A DNA stretch of 64,000 bases from Salinispira sp. (lineage in GTDB: Bacteria > Spirochaetota > Spirochaetia > DSM-27196 > Salinispiraceae), in assembly GCA_965602015.1 (NCBI GenBank), contig OZ271918.1:608001-672000 (forward strand), given 5' to 3'. The position numbers were made by a program, and so were the translations under genes. Of the stretch, positions 1 through 10,115 are shown one piece after another; within the stretch, counting starts at the first letter, position 1, and each line of letters begins with the position of its first letter. The notes under the pieces were generated by a model. It saw only the letters and a program-made list of their open reading frames with translations, ran no database searches and was not told the DNA's origin.

Positions 1-384
1 AGACTGGAGAAAAAGAGAACCGAGCTGCTGAGCATAGGGAGACAAACCGAGATTCCTGAAAAATTGCGTTCGGCAATCGGTCATATACACTATCTTCTCA
101 ATGAGTATAAAACCGATCGATGGCGTCGCAGGATTGCGGTTCTCCAGCTGCACCAGAACCTTAGTAAAGCCATCGAGCTGTCAATTAACGCCCTTTACTA
201 TGCCAATGGCCTGTACTGCCCGGCGGAAGACCGGGCGCTGTATTACAGCTTTTCCTTGCCAATCAAACCCAAAAACTACGATATATGCATACAGGAGCTG
301 ATGATTATTCCAGATGATACTCTGGAATCCTATAATGATCGTGAGGCGCTATTTACCCAAAAAGTTTTCAGCTTTTTTGAGTAA
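1..384 (+). CDS. Hypothetical protein, 5'-truncated by the window edge (possibly DUF4037/nucleotidyltransferase-associated C-terminus)
   Basis: Frame 1 is open from base 1 (RLEKKRTELL...) to TAA at 384. Confidence 0.55.
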   Translation, partial: RLEKKRTELLSIGRQTEIPEKLRSAIGHIHYLLNEYKTDRWRRRIAVLQLHQNLSKAIELSINALYYANGLYCPAEDRALYYSFSLPIKPKNYDICIQELMIIPDDTLESYNDREALFTQKVFSFFE

Positions 385-405
385 GCCCCAGCCCAAGGAG
401 GAAAA

Positions 406-789
406 ATGATATACGGCGGCGATAATGTAAGCGAGTACCTCGATCGCATTGAGGATGATTGGAGAAAGGAAAAGCTCTTGGAGATACGGGACATCCTTCT
501 TTCCTATGAGGATCTCAACGAGGGCATGGCCTACGGCATGCTTTCCTACGGTAAAAAGGATGAAAATGACGAGGGACTTTTTGCTCTTAATGCCCAACGG
601 AATTATGTAAGCCTATACATCGGCAATATCGCCAAGGTTGACCCTGAGGGAGCGATTCTCAAGGGTTTGAGTATGGGAAAAGGCTGTATCCGGCTCTCCA
701 AAACCAAAGACGTAGAGGCATCGGGCCTTCCCGAGTTTATAAAAAAGTCCGTTGACCTGTGGAGAAACGGCCAGGATACAGCCTGTTGA
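406..789 (+). CDS. DUF1801 (YdhG-like) protein
   Basis: RBS GGAGG; motifs MAYGMLSY, QRNYVSLY, MGKGCIR. Confidence 0.8.
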   Translation: MIYGGDNVSEYLDRIEDDWRKEKLLEIRDILLSYEDLNEGMAYGMLSYGKKDENDEGLFALNAQRNYVSLYIGNIAKVDPEGAILKGLSMGKGCIRLSKTKDVEASGLPEFIKKSVDLWRNGQDTAC

Positions 790-907
790 TTATGTGGGTC
801 TATTCTTCAAATTGAAGCATCGCTTGTAATAGCTTGGGACCGGAAAATCTGTACAATGCAATCGGAAAAGATGCGGGAAATGCAGCAGGCGGAGCCTGCA
901 AATCGTT

Positions 908-937
908 CCGAACCCGGACTATGTGGCCCGGGTTCGG
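908..937. terminator. Hairpin between convergent genes
   Basis: CCGAACCCGG...CCGGGTTCGG inverted repeat. Confidence 0.55.
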
Positions 938-959
938 GCCAGGCTCGCTGCTTCTCGGG

Positions 960-1751
960 CTAGGCGTTTTTTCGTGAAATGATTGTTGTAACCGCCAGTA
1001 CCAACGCGATTCCTATCAGGCTAATCAGAGATGAGAGCTCCACGGCGGTGTCGGGGGGGACGTCGATTCCGCTACGTTTGAGGTAGATACCAAAGAAGGC
1101 CCAGATTACAACCAGCGAAAAGCCTATGTCTTTTCTTGTGATGATGATTGCTATGGTAATCAATGCGCCGACAATGATAACCAGGGTTGCCCAGAATGCC
1201 TCACTGAGGCCGAACCCTCCCCAGCCGATATCGACTAAAAATGCCGTGACATTTGCAATGGTTGCCACGGTGATCCACCCGAGATATACGGAAAACGGAA
1301 GTTTCACCCACCAAAAGTCTCCGATAGTGCTTTTTTCCTTTCCGATTCGCAGTTTGAGATATATCACCAGAAGTGAGGCCAGGAGACCGAGCATAAATAC
1401 GAGGGAGAGTCCGGTCAAGGTCCAGTGCCAGGCAAATATCCAGGCAATATTCGCTATGGAAGATAGCAGGAACCAGGGACCGATAGCCCCCAGGTATGAC
1501 GCGTCCCGATTCTTCGCAAAGGAATTAACCAGGCTGTAAACAACAAAACCGATGAGCAGGGTATAAATTACCGCCCATATTGCGAAGGTCAGCCCGGCGG
1601 GGACAAAGAGATTCGGATACATATCCGAAAGCTGTCCGGTATCCATTCCGTTCAATGGGAGAATTGAAGCCAAAGCATTGATGGCTATTGTGGCTGCCAG
1701 GGCTGCCGCATTGACGAACGCCCAGACCTTTGTTTGATTCGCATTTTCCAT
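960..1751 (-). CDS. TspO/MBR-related tryptophan-rich membrane protein
   Basis: PAGLTFAIWAVIY, NIAWIFAWH, PFSVYLGWITVATIAN motifs; about 8 TM segments. Confidence 0.8.
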   Translation of the reverse strand: MENANQTKVWAFVNAAALAATIAINALASILPLNGMDTGQLSDMYPNLFVPAGLTFAIWAVIYTLLIGFVVYSLVNSFAKNRDASYLGAIGPWFLLSSIANIAWIFAWHWTLTGLSLVFMLGLLASLLVIYLKLRIGKEKSTIGDFWWVKLPFSVYLGWITVATIANVTAFLVDIGWGGFGLSEAFWATLVIIVGALITIAIIITRKDIGFSLVVIWAFFGIYLKRSGIDVPPDTAVELSSLISLIGIALVLAVTTIISRKNA

Positions 1752-1876
1752 GTGCGCCTCCTTCCTTCATCATACTACTGCGGCGTCGGTATCGGTAGCA
1801 TTTTTTCCCATAAGGTCAATATGTTGCTCATCAGATCACATTGAACATGGCGCGCAATGTGTCATACTCTGTTTGT

Positions 1877-2764
1877 ATGATCTCAGACGAACTGCACGAT
1901 AGCCGCCTTGTTACCCGTTTTCGCGATCTCGAGATTTACCAGATCCATGGCACTGATGCGCCTCAAACCATGGCGGAGATCGGCCGTATCAGAGAGCATG
2001 AGTTCAGCTCCGACGGCGGCGGTACCGGGAAGGATATAGACATCGATGAGTACGATACTATGTCGTACTGCTACCAACTCCTCGTGTGGGATCCCAAATA
2101 TCAACAGATCCTCAGCGCATACCGCTATATTCCTATGTGGCGCATTCCCGCAGACCATCGGAAAAACGGATCTCCCAGTTCGAGATTATTTGATTTGTCC
2201 AATAGATTCTATGATGATATCGCGCCGGGCTGTATTGAACTTGGACGGTCGGTAGTGAACCGGAAAGCCAAAAGAAGCATTCTCGGTCTCTTCGCGGTGT
2301 GGAGCGGGCTCGGAGCCTTGATTGCCGAGCTTCCCCGGCTTCGGTGGTTTTTCGGGAAACTGACCCTGTATCCCGAGGTTCCCAAACATTTGCGGCATCG
2401 GATTTTTGCCTTCTGGGATCGTTTTTTTCCGGGAGATGAAACCTTGATGGCTCCGGTCGTGGATTATTCCATTGCCAAGGTTGAGAATGATTGGAGCGGA
2501 TATCCCGATATCGGGGATCGCGACACCGCATTTAAACGGCTTTCTGCTGAAATGTCCGATGCAGGATGGCCGGTTCCTCCGCTCATGAAGTCATACATTG
2601 CTGTTAGCAGTGAAATACAATCATTTGGAACGGCGCTGAACAGTCATTTTGGAAATGTATACGAAACGGCAATTCTCCTACCCATCGAAACCATCGGCGG
2701 AAAAACCCGGGAGCAATTTATCGATTCATATACCAGCATAAACCCCGGGCTGTTTAGCTATTGA
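1877..2764 (+). CDS. GNAT_acetyltransferase_5 family N-acyltransferase (OlsB/hemolysin-like lipid acyltransferase)
   Basis: EIGRIRE..F...GGGTGK..DIDEYD, IELGRS, VPPL..SY, FGTALN..FG motifs. Confidence 0.75.
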   Translation: MISDELHDSRLVTRFRDLEIYQIHGTDAPQTMAEIGRIREHEFSSDGGGTGKDIDIDEYDTMSYCYQLLVWDPKYQQILSAYRYIPMWRIPADHRKNGSPSSRLFDLSNRFYDDIAPGCIELGRSVVNRKAKRSILGLFAVWSGLGALIAELPRLRWFFGKLTLYPEVPKHLRHRIFAFWDRFFPGDETLMAPVVDYSIAKVENDWSGYPDIGDRDTAFKRLSAEMSDAGWPVPPLMKSYIAVSSEIQSFGTALNSHFGNVYETAILLPIETIGGKTREQFIDSYTSINPGLFSY

Positions 2765-3705
2765 GGGAAGGTTCCGATTATCTCAAGGTAGTTTTCCAAG
2801 GGGAAGCCAAATTGATGCTCCCAAATTCTTGAGTACTCTCCGCTTAACAACGCCCATTCAAAAAACCGCTCCAGAATACCCGCCAGCACGGCGTCGTCAG
2901 CCCTGATGAGCCAATGCGCAAAGTCAATGTCGCTGCCGATTGCGAATGCGATGTTGAGGTTTGGATAATTAGTCAATTCGAACAGGGCGCTAATGCCGCC
3001 CGAGCTGGTCACATCGGCTTCGCCGGACGAGACCATTCGGGCCAGCTCTTCGGTGTCGGTTGCCCGGATACGGATGGTCGTAACAGCATTTCTTTCAAGT
3101 TCAGCATTGAGAACCTGGTAGTGAGCCGCGGTGGGAAACGAGGCGAGACGCAATCCTTCAAGATCATCGATGCTGTCGATCTTACTCTCGTTGCGGCTTA
3201 TCACCACGAAGCGATCCGGAATGGTAGGGATCAGAATGGCCAACTTTTCCCTCCAGGGACGGTAGCCAAAACCGTCAACGAGTATCCGGGTTCTCTGAAG
3301 GGAATCGGGAGTGTATGGCGGCAGTTCGCCTCCGGCTATGGAATCGAGCCTGTCCGGATCAGGCACCTCCCCATTGAGTGCAAAATATCTTGAAAAATTG
3401 TCGACTATTTCATATTCCAGCTCGACGCCTAGAGTTTCCGCGAAAAGCATGGCCATTTCAAATTCCAGTCCGCCGTGTTGCCCGATTCCATATTTATCCG
3501 GTTCAAATACCGATTCCCGTACTCTCGTGGTGATCCTAAGCAGTCCGCCGAGTTCGTCCCGTACGAAGCGGCGTTCTGCTTCGCTCAAAGCAAAGCCGGG
3601 ATTCAAAACCTCCGCGGCTTGGGGAGGCGGCTGTTCGGATTCTGGGTAACAGGAGATAAGCAACGGTACAAGCAGCAGTGCCGTCAATAAGATCTGTGAT
3701 TTCAT
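2758..3705 (-). CDS. Substrate-binding (SBP_bac_3/MltF-like) lipoprotein
   Basis: Signal peptide with lipobox LISC; GLEFEMAMLFAETLGV; GEADVT. Confidence 0.7.
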   Translation of the reverse strand: MKSQILLTALLLVPLLISCYPESEQPPPQAAEVLNPGFALSEAERRFVRDELGGLLRITTRVRESVFEPDKYGIGQHGGLEFEMAMLFAETLGVELEYEIVDNFSRYFALNGEVPDPDRLDSIAGGELPPYTPDSLQRTRILVDGFGYRPWREKLAILIPTIPDRFVVISRNESKIDSIDDLEGLRLASFPTAAHYQVLNAELERNAVTTIRIRATDTEELARMVSSGEADVTSSGGISALFELTNYPNLNIAFAIGSDIDFAHWLIRADDAVLAGILERFFEWALLSGEYSRIWEHQFGFPLENYLEIIGTFPQ

Positions 3706-4053
3706 TGCGTCCACCTCTGCTGCCTTTGCGTAAAAGCTTTTCACAATGTTATGCTGCCCGACGGTTTTGTCAAGGGCGCTGCATCGCCCGATACAAGCCA
3801 TATGAATGACCAGTCGCCTGTATGGCTTTACGATCAGTATCGTTCCATCGTCATTCATGAAAAGAAACCACATATAGTGATGTATGCCTTGTTACCTTAC
3901 AGAGATATTTCAATCAGACCTGAAAATATCCGTATTGGCAACCAGATATCTGCAATGTTGGTCCCAATAAACCACAAAAAGTGATTTTATTGAAGAAAAC
4001 CGTCGCCAACGAATCACGATATGTGTACTTTTAAGAAAACACAGGAGGTTCAT

Positions 4054-4860
4054 ATGAACGCATCGTTCTTTACTCTGAGCGTAGAAGCCTACGAACTGGT
4101 AGGACATATTCTTACACTCGGATATGCGGCCATGGCCGCTTCGCTTTTGTACTTCTGGCTGACAAAAAATGACAACATGCCTAAGTACCGTATGTCTTCA
4201 GTTCTATCAGTCGTCGTCATGACGTCCGCCTTTCTTCTGCTGTTCACTCAAAAGCAGAGCTGGACCGACGCCTATGTATACGAGAGTGGCCAATACGTTC
4301 TGCGCGAGGGAGCGGATCTGTTCACCAATGGCTTCCGATACCTGAACTGGATGATTGATGTACCGATGCTTCTCATTCAGATTCTGTTCGTTGCCGGAAT
4401 CGTCGGGGCTGCTCGGAGCAAGTATATATTCCAGTTCTCACTGTCCGGTGTACTGATGATTGTTACCGGATACATCGGACAATTCTACGAGCCCGGTCGG
4501 GATAATGCAAATTTGGTCGTGTGGCTCGTGTGGGGATTCATTTCAACGGTCTTTTTTGTATGGGTTCTCATCCTCATCACCAAGGTCATAAAGGATGGGG
4601 TTAAAAATATGGGCAGTTCCAAGGCTGCCGGTATTTTCGGCGCTATTCTGCCGCTGTTCTATGTATCCTGGTTTCTGTATCCCGGCGCGTACCTCATGCC
4701 CCTGCTGCTTGAATTGGGAATTGCCGACTACCAGTTTACTATCGTAGCGCAGCAGATGACATACACCATAGCGGATATCGCATCCAAGGTAATCTACGGC
4801 GCGATGCTGAACGTGGCATCCACCATCCTCAGTGAGGAACAGGGATTCGTCGCAACCTAA
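4054..4860 (+). CDS. Microbial rhodopsin, NDQ-motif light-driven Na+ pump (NaR, KR2-like)
   Basis: Helix C RYLNWMIDVPMLLIQ (N-D-Q), helix G ADIASKVIYG with the retinal Lys, HILTLGYA, TGYIGQFYE, LYPGAYLMP; RBS AGGAGG. Confidence 0.93.
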   Translation: MNASFFTLSVEAYELVGHILTLGYAAMAASLLYFWLTKNDNMPKYRMSSVLSVVVMTSAFLLLFTQKQSWTDAYVYESGQYVLREGADLFTNGFRYLNWMIDVPMLLIQILFVAGIVGAARSKYIFQFSLSGVLMIVTGYIGQFYEPGRDNANLVVWLVWGFISTVFFVWVLILITKVIKDGVKNMGSSKAAGIFGAILPLFYVSWFLYPGAYLMPLLLELGIADYQFTIVAQQMTYTIADIASKVIYGAMLNVASTILSEEQGFVAT

Positions 4861-4880
4861 TGGCCAGTCGCGATTGTCTT

Positions 4881-4912
4881 AAAAACGCCGCGCTCCCCCG
4901 CGGCGTTTTTTT
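4881..4912 (+). terminator. Rho-independent terminator (bidirectional type)
   Basis: AAAAACGCCGCG-loop-CGCGGCGTTTTTTT. Confidence 0.85.
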
Positions 4913-5052
4913 ATATCCCCTTTGCTTACTGAGAGTTCTCCGCACTATCCCCTCCATACCCGTTTGTGATACAACCAGGGACTCTGAGCTTTTGCCTTGG
5001 CGGGGTTAGACTCATGCCGCCGAAGCTCAAGCTCAGACTGGAGACAATAATA

Positions 5053-6570
5053 ATGAATTTCAAAAAACTGGGGTTGATCCCTGAACTGTGCAAAGCCGTT
5101 GAACAGCGCGGATATGATGAACCCACCCCGATTCAGACCCAGGCTATCCCTGCCATCCTCGATGGAAGAGATGTTATGGGCGGAGCTCAAACCGGTACGG
5201 GCAAAACCGCCGCCTTCGCCCTCCCGATTCTGCAACAACTCATCGAACACCGGGGTGGAGCCCCAAGAGCCCTGGTGATAACTCCCACACGAGAACTGGC
5301 GGATCAGGTAGCAGAGAGCTACACGGCCTACGGCCGCCATCTGCGGGTACGCACCCTGAAGATTTACGGCGGCCTTCCCATGGCCCAGCAGATTCGCCTC
5401 CTCGAACAGGGTAGCGATATTCTGGTGGCAACTCCGGGACGCCTTATGGATCACCTGGGACAGAACACCGTTGATCTATCGCAGGTTCGTACCTTGGTGC
5501 TCGATGAGGCCGACCGAATGCTTGATATGGGTTTTATTAACGACATTAAAAAGATTATCCGTGCGTTGCCTGCTCATACCCGGCAAACCCTCCTGTTTTC
5601 CGCAACCTACGCCAAGGAAGTGGAAAAGCTCGCGCTATCCATTCTCAGCAATCCGGTCAGGATTGAAACTGCTCCCAGGAACGCGGCTGCAGCGGAAGTG
5701 CGGCAGGTCATTTATCCGGTCGACAGGGGACGGCGCACCGAGCTTCTTATCCACCTGATCCGGGAAAATGCCTGGTATCAGGTGCTGATTTTTGTCCGTA
5801 CCAAGCACGGCGCCGACCGTCTGGCAAAAAAACTGCACAAGGCGGGTATTCCCTGCGCCGCAATTCACGGAGACAAACGCCAGGGATCGAGAACCAGGGC
5901 GCTTGAGAACTTTAAAACAGGAGACCTCCAGGCGCTCATCGCCACGGATATAGCGGCCAGAGGGATAGATTTGACGGACCTCGGACATGTAGTAAATTAT
6001 GACCTGCCTCAGCAAGCCGAGGACTACATCCATCGAATCGGAAGAACCGGACGGGCGGGAAAATCCGGCGAGGCAATCTCCCTTGTCTCACCGGAGGAAG
6101 GAAAAAAGCTTTCGGATATCGAACGCATACTCGGTTCAGCAGTGAACCGCCAAACCATACGCGGTTTCGAGCCTACACATGCAGCCGCCGATTTTGATCA
6201 AGAGCTTAACACCCGCGACAACGAGAACAGCGAGAGTAGAATGTCCCGCGACAGTGATAAGCGCGAGAGCAGAATGTGCCGCGACAGTGATAACCCGTCA
6301 AACAGAAAACCTCGCGACAAGAAAAAGAGCGAAAACAGAGGACCCCGCAGAAACCGCAGCCGGGGAACACAAAAAACCAGCGACAGCGGCTTCCAGGAAA
6401 ATGGAAAAAACCGCGACAGCGCATACCGGGGAAGCAGAGAAACCAGCGACAGCGCGGATCGATCAGAACGCAAGGGCCACAGAACTGGTCATAAGGCCGA
6501 CGGTCAACGAAAAGCTGATAACGGGAGGCCTGGACCCACCGAACGTAATCGACGCAGACGCCGGGGATAG
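5053..6570 (+). CDS. DEAD-box RNA helicase (RhlE-like)
   Basis: Q motif PTPIQ, AQTGTGKT, PTRELA, DEAD, SAT, HRIGRTGR; basic low-complexity tail. Confidence 0.92.
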   Translation: MNFKKLGLIPELCKAVEQRGYDEPTPIQTQAIPAILDGRDVMGGAQTGTGKTAAFALPILQQLIEHRGGAPRALVITPTRELADQVAESYTAYGRHLRVRTLKIYGGLPMAQQIRLLEQGSDILVATPGRLMDHLGQNTVDLSQVRTLVLDEADRMLDMGFINDIKKIIRALPAHTRQTLLFSATYAKEVEKLALSILSNPVRIETAPRNAAAAEVRQVIYPVDRGRRTELLIHLIRENAWYQVLIFVRTKHGADRLAKKLHKAGIPCAAIHGDKRQGSRTRALENFKTGDLQALIATDIAARGIDLTDLGHVVNYDLPQQAEDYIHRIGRTGRAGKSGEAISLVSPEEGKKLSDIERILGSAVNRQTIRGFEPTHAAADFDQELNTRDNENSESRMSRDSDKRESRMCRDSDNPSNRKPRDKKKSENRGPRRNRSRGTQKTSDSGFQENGKNRDSAYRGSRETSDSADRSERKGHRTGHKADGQRKADNGRPGPTERNRRRRRG

Positions 6571-6674
6571 GTGGCACTAACAAAAGATCCCTATGCAATG
6601 TAGAAGTCCGGCCGTATATTTGCTGGGGAGCTGCTGCTATCATCGGCTCCCAATCCGCATTGGAGGGTACAATC

Positions 6675-7574
6675 ATGGGCAATTTACGAGCATGGCTTCA
6701 AGCTTCACGTCTCCCGTCCCAGACTTACATCGCATTCCCGATATTGGCCGGCCAAATGGCAGCCTTCGCAATAACCGGAAACTGGAGCTGGATGGGTTTT
6801 TTTCTTGCGCAGCTCTTTGGGATTTTCGATCAACTCTACATCGTATACGCCAATGATTGGGCTGATGTGGAAACCGATTCGGCAAATGAGACCTTCAATA
6901 TGTTTTCCGGAGGATCGCGGGTGGTGGTCGACGGGATGATCAGCCGGAAGGCACTTGGTATTGCTGCCATATTTATGGCAACGCTTTCTGTGGTCGTCGG
7001 TGGGCTGATTTCCCTGATCCAGTTTTCTGCCTTGCCGCTTGCTTTTTCTATTCTCGGCGTGCTGCTCTTGTGGGGGTACAGTTATCCCCCTTTAAAGTTG
7101 AGCTACCGGGGTGGCGGCGAGTTTCTGCAGATGCTTGGGGTCGGCGGAGTATTGCCCCTGCTCGGGTTTATGGCCCAAGGTGGTAGCTTTGAATCTTTCC
7201 CGCTTATGCTCCTCGCAGTTAGCCTGCCAATCTCCTTGGCCTGCGGCATGGCCACGAGCATCCCCGATGAACCCTCCGACCGCAGCTCCGAAAAGCGTAC
7301 TGCAAGCGTAATCCTCGGAGCCGTCCCGGTGCAAATGCCTATTATTATTCTGGCGATCTTTAGTATTTTTTTATGGATAGCGGCGCCCATGGTTCTGCAG
7401 CCCGCGTTAGCCCTGCGATTGGCTGCCGGAGCCCTTCCACTGGTCCTGCTTACGGGCTCATTGTTCTCCTACGGCGGAAAAGCCGGCAGCGGTAAGCTCA
7501 ACCGCTTCGTCACACTTTTGGTGGCCTCAAACGTTACCTTCTTTCTCGGAATCAGTGTGGTATTACTTTTTTGA
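6675..7574 (+). CDS. UbiA-family prenyltransferase (MenA-like)
   Basis: NDWADVETD, FSGGSRV, YSYPPLKLSYRGGGE, PDEPSD...KRT; multiple TMs. Confidence 0.8.
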   Translation: MGNLRAWLQASRLPSQTYIAFPILAGQMAAFAITGNWSWMGFFLAQLFGIFDQLYIVYANDWADVETDSANETFNMFSGGSRVVVDGMISRKALGIAAIFMATLSVVVGGLISLIQFSALPLAFSILGVLLLWGYSYPPLKLSYRGGGEFLQMLGVGGVLPLLGFMAQGGSFESFPLMLLAVSLPISLACGMATSIPDEPSDRSSEKRTASVILGAVPVQMPIIILAIFSIFLWIAAPMVLQPALALRLAAGALPLVLLTGSLFSYGGKAGSGKLNRFVTLLVASNVTFFLGISVVLLF

Positions 7575-7587
7575 TATCAACGGGTGA

Positions 7588-7812
7588 TTATCGGCGTTCA
7601 TTTCCGTGTTTAAACTGGCCGGTCTCCTTGGCCAGGAATAGTTGTATTTGGAACAGGTCTGCTGATTCAATTATTTTTTGAAATTTAATTGCAGAACTGC
7701 CGTGAATGGTTTTTATCAGCCTCCCATTATATTGGATCTGGAACTTGCCGTCCTTGAGTTGCTTGTATTGGAATGGTTGCTTTTCGAGTAAGATTCTGCG
7801 TCGGTCTTCCAT
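7588..7812 (-). CDS. Small hypothetical protein
   Basis: RBS GGAG; MEDRR...QLFLAKETGQFKHGNER, a recurring small-protein motif. Confidence 0.65.
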   Translation of the reverse strand: MEDRRRILLEKQPFQYKQLKDGKFQIQYNGRLIKTIHGSSAIKFQKIIESADLFQIQLFLAKETGQFKHGNERR

Positions 7813-7934
7813 TTTCTTTTCTCCGCCTGCCTTATCACTATGTCCATAATAGCAGGAAGCACGCAAACACTATACAGATGGATAAGCTGGAAACGTGGTT
7901 GAGGATGCAGTACAGTAATTGAAGGGAGAAAACC

Positions 7935-8915
7935 ATGAAACGATTAATTATCGCCCTGTCTTTTACTGCCTTCCTTCTTCTTTCCGCATGCGAACTGTTC
8001 AACAATCTCACGGATATTGTTCCACCCGACCCGGTGACGGGATTGGGGTTCGAAGATAATTTTACTTCCGGTACTTTGAGCTGGACCAGGTCATTCAGCA
8101 GCGACGTTAAAAACCTTGAGCTCAGCTGGACAGGCCAAGCTGAACCGGTGCTATTGTCAAACAGCGATGAGAACTACACCATTGAAGGGCTGATTCCTGC
8201 GACTGAATACACCTTCTCACTCGTTGTAATCGATGAAGCTGATAATCGATCGACTCCTTCAGAAATCACCGTCCCCATGGGTGGTATCAATGCAACCGAA
8301 GTCATATTTTTTGATGATTTCGATGACAGCAATTGGGACAGTTCTTCATGGGATGTCAGGGGCGGGGGAACCGCACCTGTGGAATCGAACGGTGTTCTCC
8401 GGATTTCCGGAGCATTTTCCCTCTTGATGCATTTTGATCAGGTGCTTGGTGCGGGAAGCGACGTGAGCATCATGCTTGGCATGTATGTCGAGGATAGCAA
8501 CGGCGACGGCGATACCTATGCCACGACGCTTGAAATTGCCGAACCCAGTGCAAGTGCGGAGTTGCTCGCAGAAGATCATGAACTGATCAGCTTTTATGCC
8601 TTTACCGGTACATTTAATTATTTCGACGGGACCAATCCGAATCCTGTTGAGATCGGAAGTAATTCCAGGGTTTCAGCTGGCACCGAACAATACGAGTTTC
8701 ATTGGGACTCAAGCGGTATCTCCTACAGACTAAACGGAACAGAGGTCGGTGCTGCCGCCATGACTGATTTATTCGGAGCGTATTTTTCCGATCCCGCTTT
8801 TTCGTACAGCGGTGGATATGTGGCATCGTATAATGACGGATTCAAGTTTCTGCTAAACCATTTAGTGGCGGATACAACGGAGATCGATTACATCCTTATT
8901 TATCAGCCCGAATAG
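7935..8915 (+). CDS. Lipoprotein with fibronectin type III domain
   Basis: Lipobox LSAC; YTIEGLIPATEYTFSLVVID FN3 signature. Confidence 0.75.
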   Translation: MKRLIIALSFTAFLLLSACELFNNLTDIVPPDPVTGLGFEDNFTSGTLSWTRSFSSDVKNLELSWTGQAEPVLLSNSDENYTIEGLIPATEYTFSLVVIDEADNRSTPSEITVPMGGINATEVIFFDDFDDSNWDSSSWDVRGGGTAPVESNGVLRISGAFSLLMHFDQVLGAGSDVSIMLGMYVEDSNGDGDTYATTLEIAEPSASAELLAEDHELISFYAFTGTFNYFDGTNPNPVEIGSNSRVSAGTEQYEFHWDSSGISYRLNGTEVGAAAMTDLFGAYFSDPAFSYSGGYVASYNDGFKFLLNHLVADTTEIDYILIYQPE

Positions 8916-8979
8916 GCACCCGAGGCAAACGGTTTCTAGCTCGGTAATATATTTCGATTGAAATCGAGATATCCACGAT

Positions 8980-9450
8980 TTATTTCACTCTCTTCTCGAT
9001 GGTATTCGAGTTTTCCCTCAGGATGGCACTCATGCCCGTCAGGAATCTATTAATTACCTCAAGCTCGTCCTGCGAGAAATTTGATACATGATTTCGATTG
9101 TCGTTCTGAATACTCTGAACCATATCAAACGCCACCTCGCTAAACCCCGAATCAATTTCCACAATTACCGACCTGCGATCGTTGGGATCGGGTTTTCTAC
9201 GGATGAACTGGCGGGCTTCCAGGCGGTCCAGCATTATCGTAGTGGCTCCTGAACTCAGTCCGGTAAATCGGGAGATCTCCGTCGGCTTGCTAACCTGCCC
9301 GAGCCCCAATGCGGTAAGGCATAGCGATTCTGTCAGGGAAAGCGCGAGTTTTTTTGCCATGGCGTTTCGAAACATGGTTGTTTCTATTCCAAACTCTGCA
9401 ACTGAATCTAGTACGGTTTCGTAAAGCGTTTTAATCGGATCCATATTCAT
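8980..9450 (-). CDS. MarR family regulator
   Basis: GLSSGATTIMLDRLE..FIRR..DPNDRRSV. Confidence 0.9.
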   Translation of the reverse strand: MNMDPIKTLYETVLDSVAEFGIETTMFRNAMAKKLALSLTESLCLTALGLGQVSKPTEISRFTGLSSGATTIMLDRLEARQFIRRKPDPNDRRSVIVEIDSGFSEVAFDMVQSIQNDNRNHVSNFSQDELEVINRFLTGMSAILRENSNTIEKRVK

Positions 9451-9452
9451 CC

Positions 9453-9493
9453 TTGACAGTAACTTTGTTATAAAGTATCTTAAAAATCAAGAT
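9453..9493 (+). promoter_or_regulatory. Sigma70-like promoter with overlapping inverted repeat (candidate MarR operator)
   Basis: TTGACA-17-TATCTT; ATCTT-N7-AAGAT at 9477-9493 between divergent genes. Confidence 0.5.
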
Positions 9494-9523
9494 AAAAGTC
9501 AATCATACTCAGGAGGTACGTTT

Positions 9524-9967
9524 ATGACTGATGAAAAAAACACCGGTTTTTCTGATTTCGAAAAGGCCGCCATGAAACAGAGGGCGCAAGAGCTCGCGGC
9601 AGAAGCTAAACCTTCCAAAAAGCGAATCGAGGGAGAGCAGGCTGTTCTGAAGGCTATTGAGGAAATGTCAGGGTCAGACAAAGAAATCGCTGAGAAGATA
9701 CATGCATTGGCCAGCGAACTTACGCCGAATTTGTGGCCCAAAACATGGTATGGGTTTCCGGCATACTCGAAGGAAGGAAAAAAGGTCGTCTTCTTCTATC
9801 AATCGGCGGAAAAAGGAGAAGAACGATATGCCACCATCGGATTCACCGGTCTGGCGAAACTTGATGACGGTAATATGTGGCCCAGCTCCTATGCCATCGA
9901 AAAGATAGGCCCTCAAGAGGAGCAATTGCTCAGGGAGTTACTCATCAAGGCAAATTCAATACAGTAA
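9524..9967 (+). CDS. DUF1801 family protein
   Basis: PKTWYGFPAY..GKKVVFFYQSA...RYATIGF...LDDGNMWP. Confidence 0.85.
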   Translation: MTDEKNTGFSDFEKAAMKQRAQELAAEAKPSKKRIEGEQAVLKAIEEMSGSDKEIAEKIHALASELTPNLWPKTWYGFPAYSKEGKKVVFFYQSAEKGEERYATIGFTGLAKLDDGNMWPSSYAIEKIGPQEEQLLRELLIKANSIQ

Positions 9968-10115
9968 GGGGGAAGGTTTGCGATACATCTATATCGGCGT
10001 TGTATAGATTTTATGTCAGGTTGGGGAAACCATGGGTATTCTCGGATTCATCCTCGTGGATGATTGGGCTATCCTTGCGGTATCTCCATGAGTATCTTCA
10101 TCTCGGGAGGTATAT

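Noticed and set aside
960..7574. TspO, rhodopsin and prenyltransferase as a phototrophy or retinal cluster
   Set aside because: Different strands and transcription units; the prenyltransferase is MenA-like and no crt/blh genes are present.
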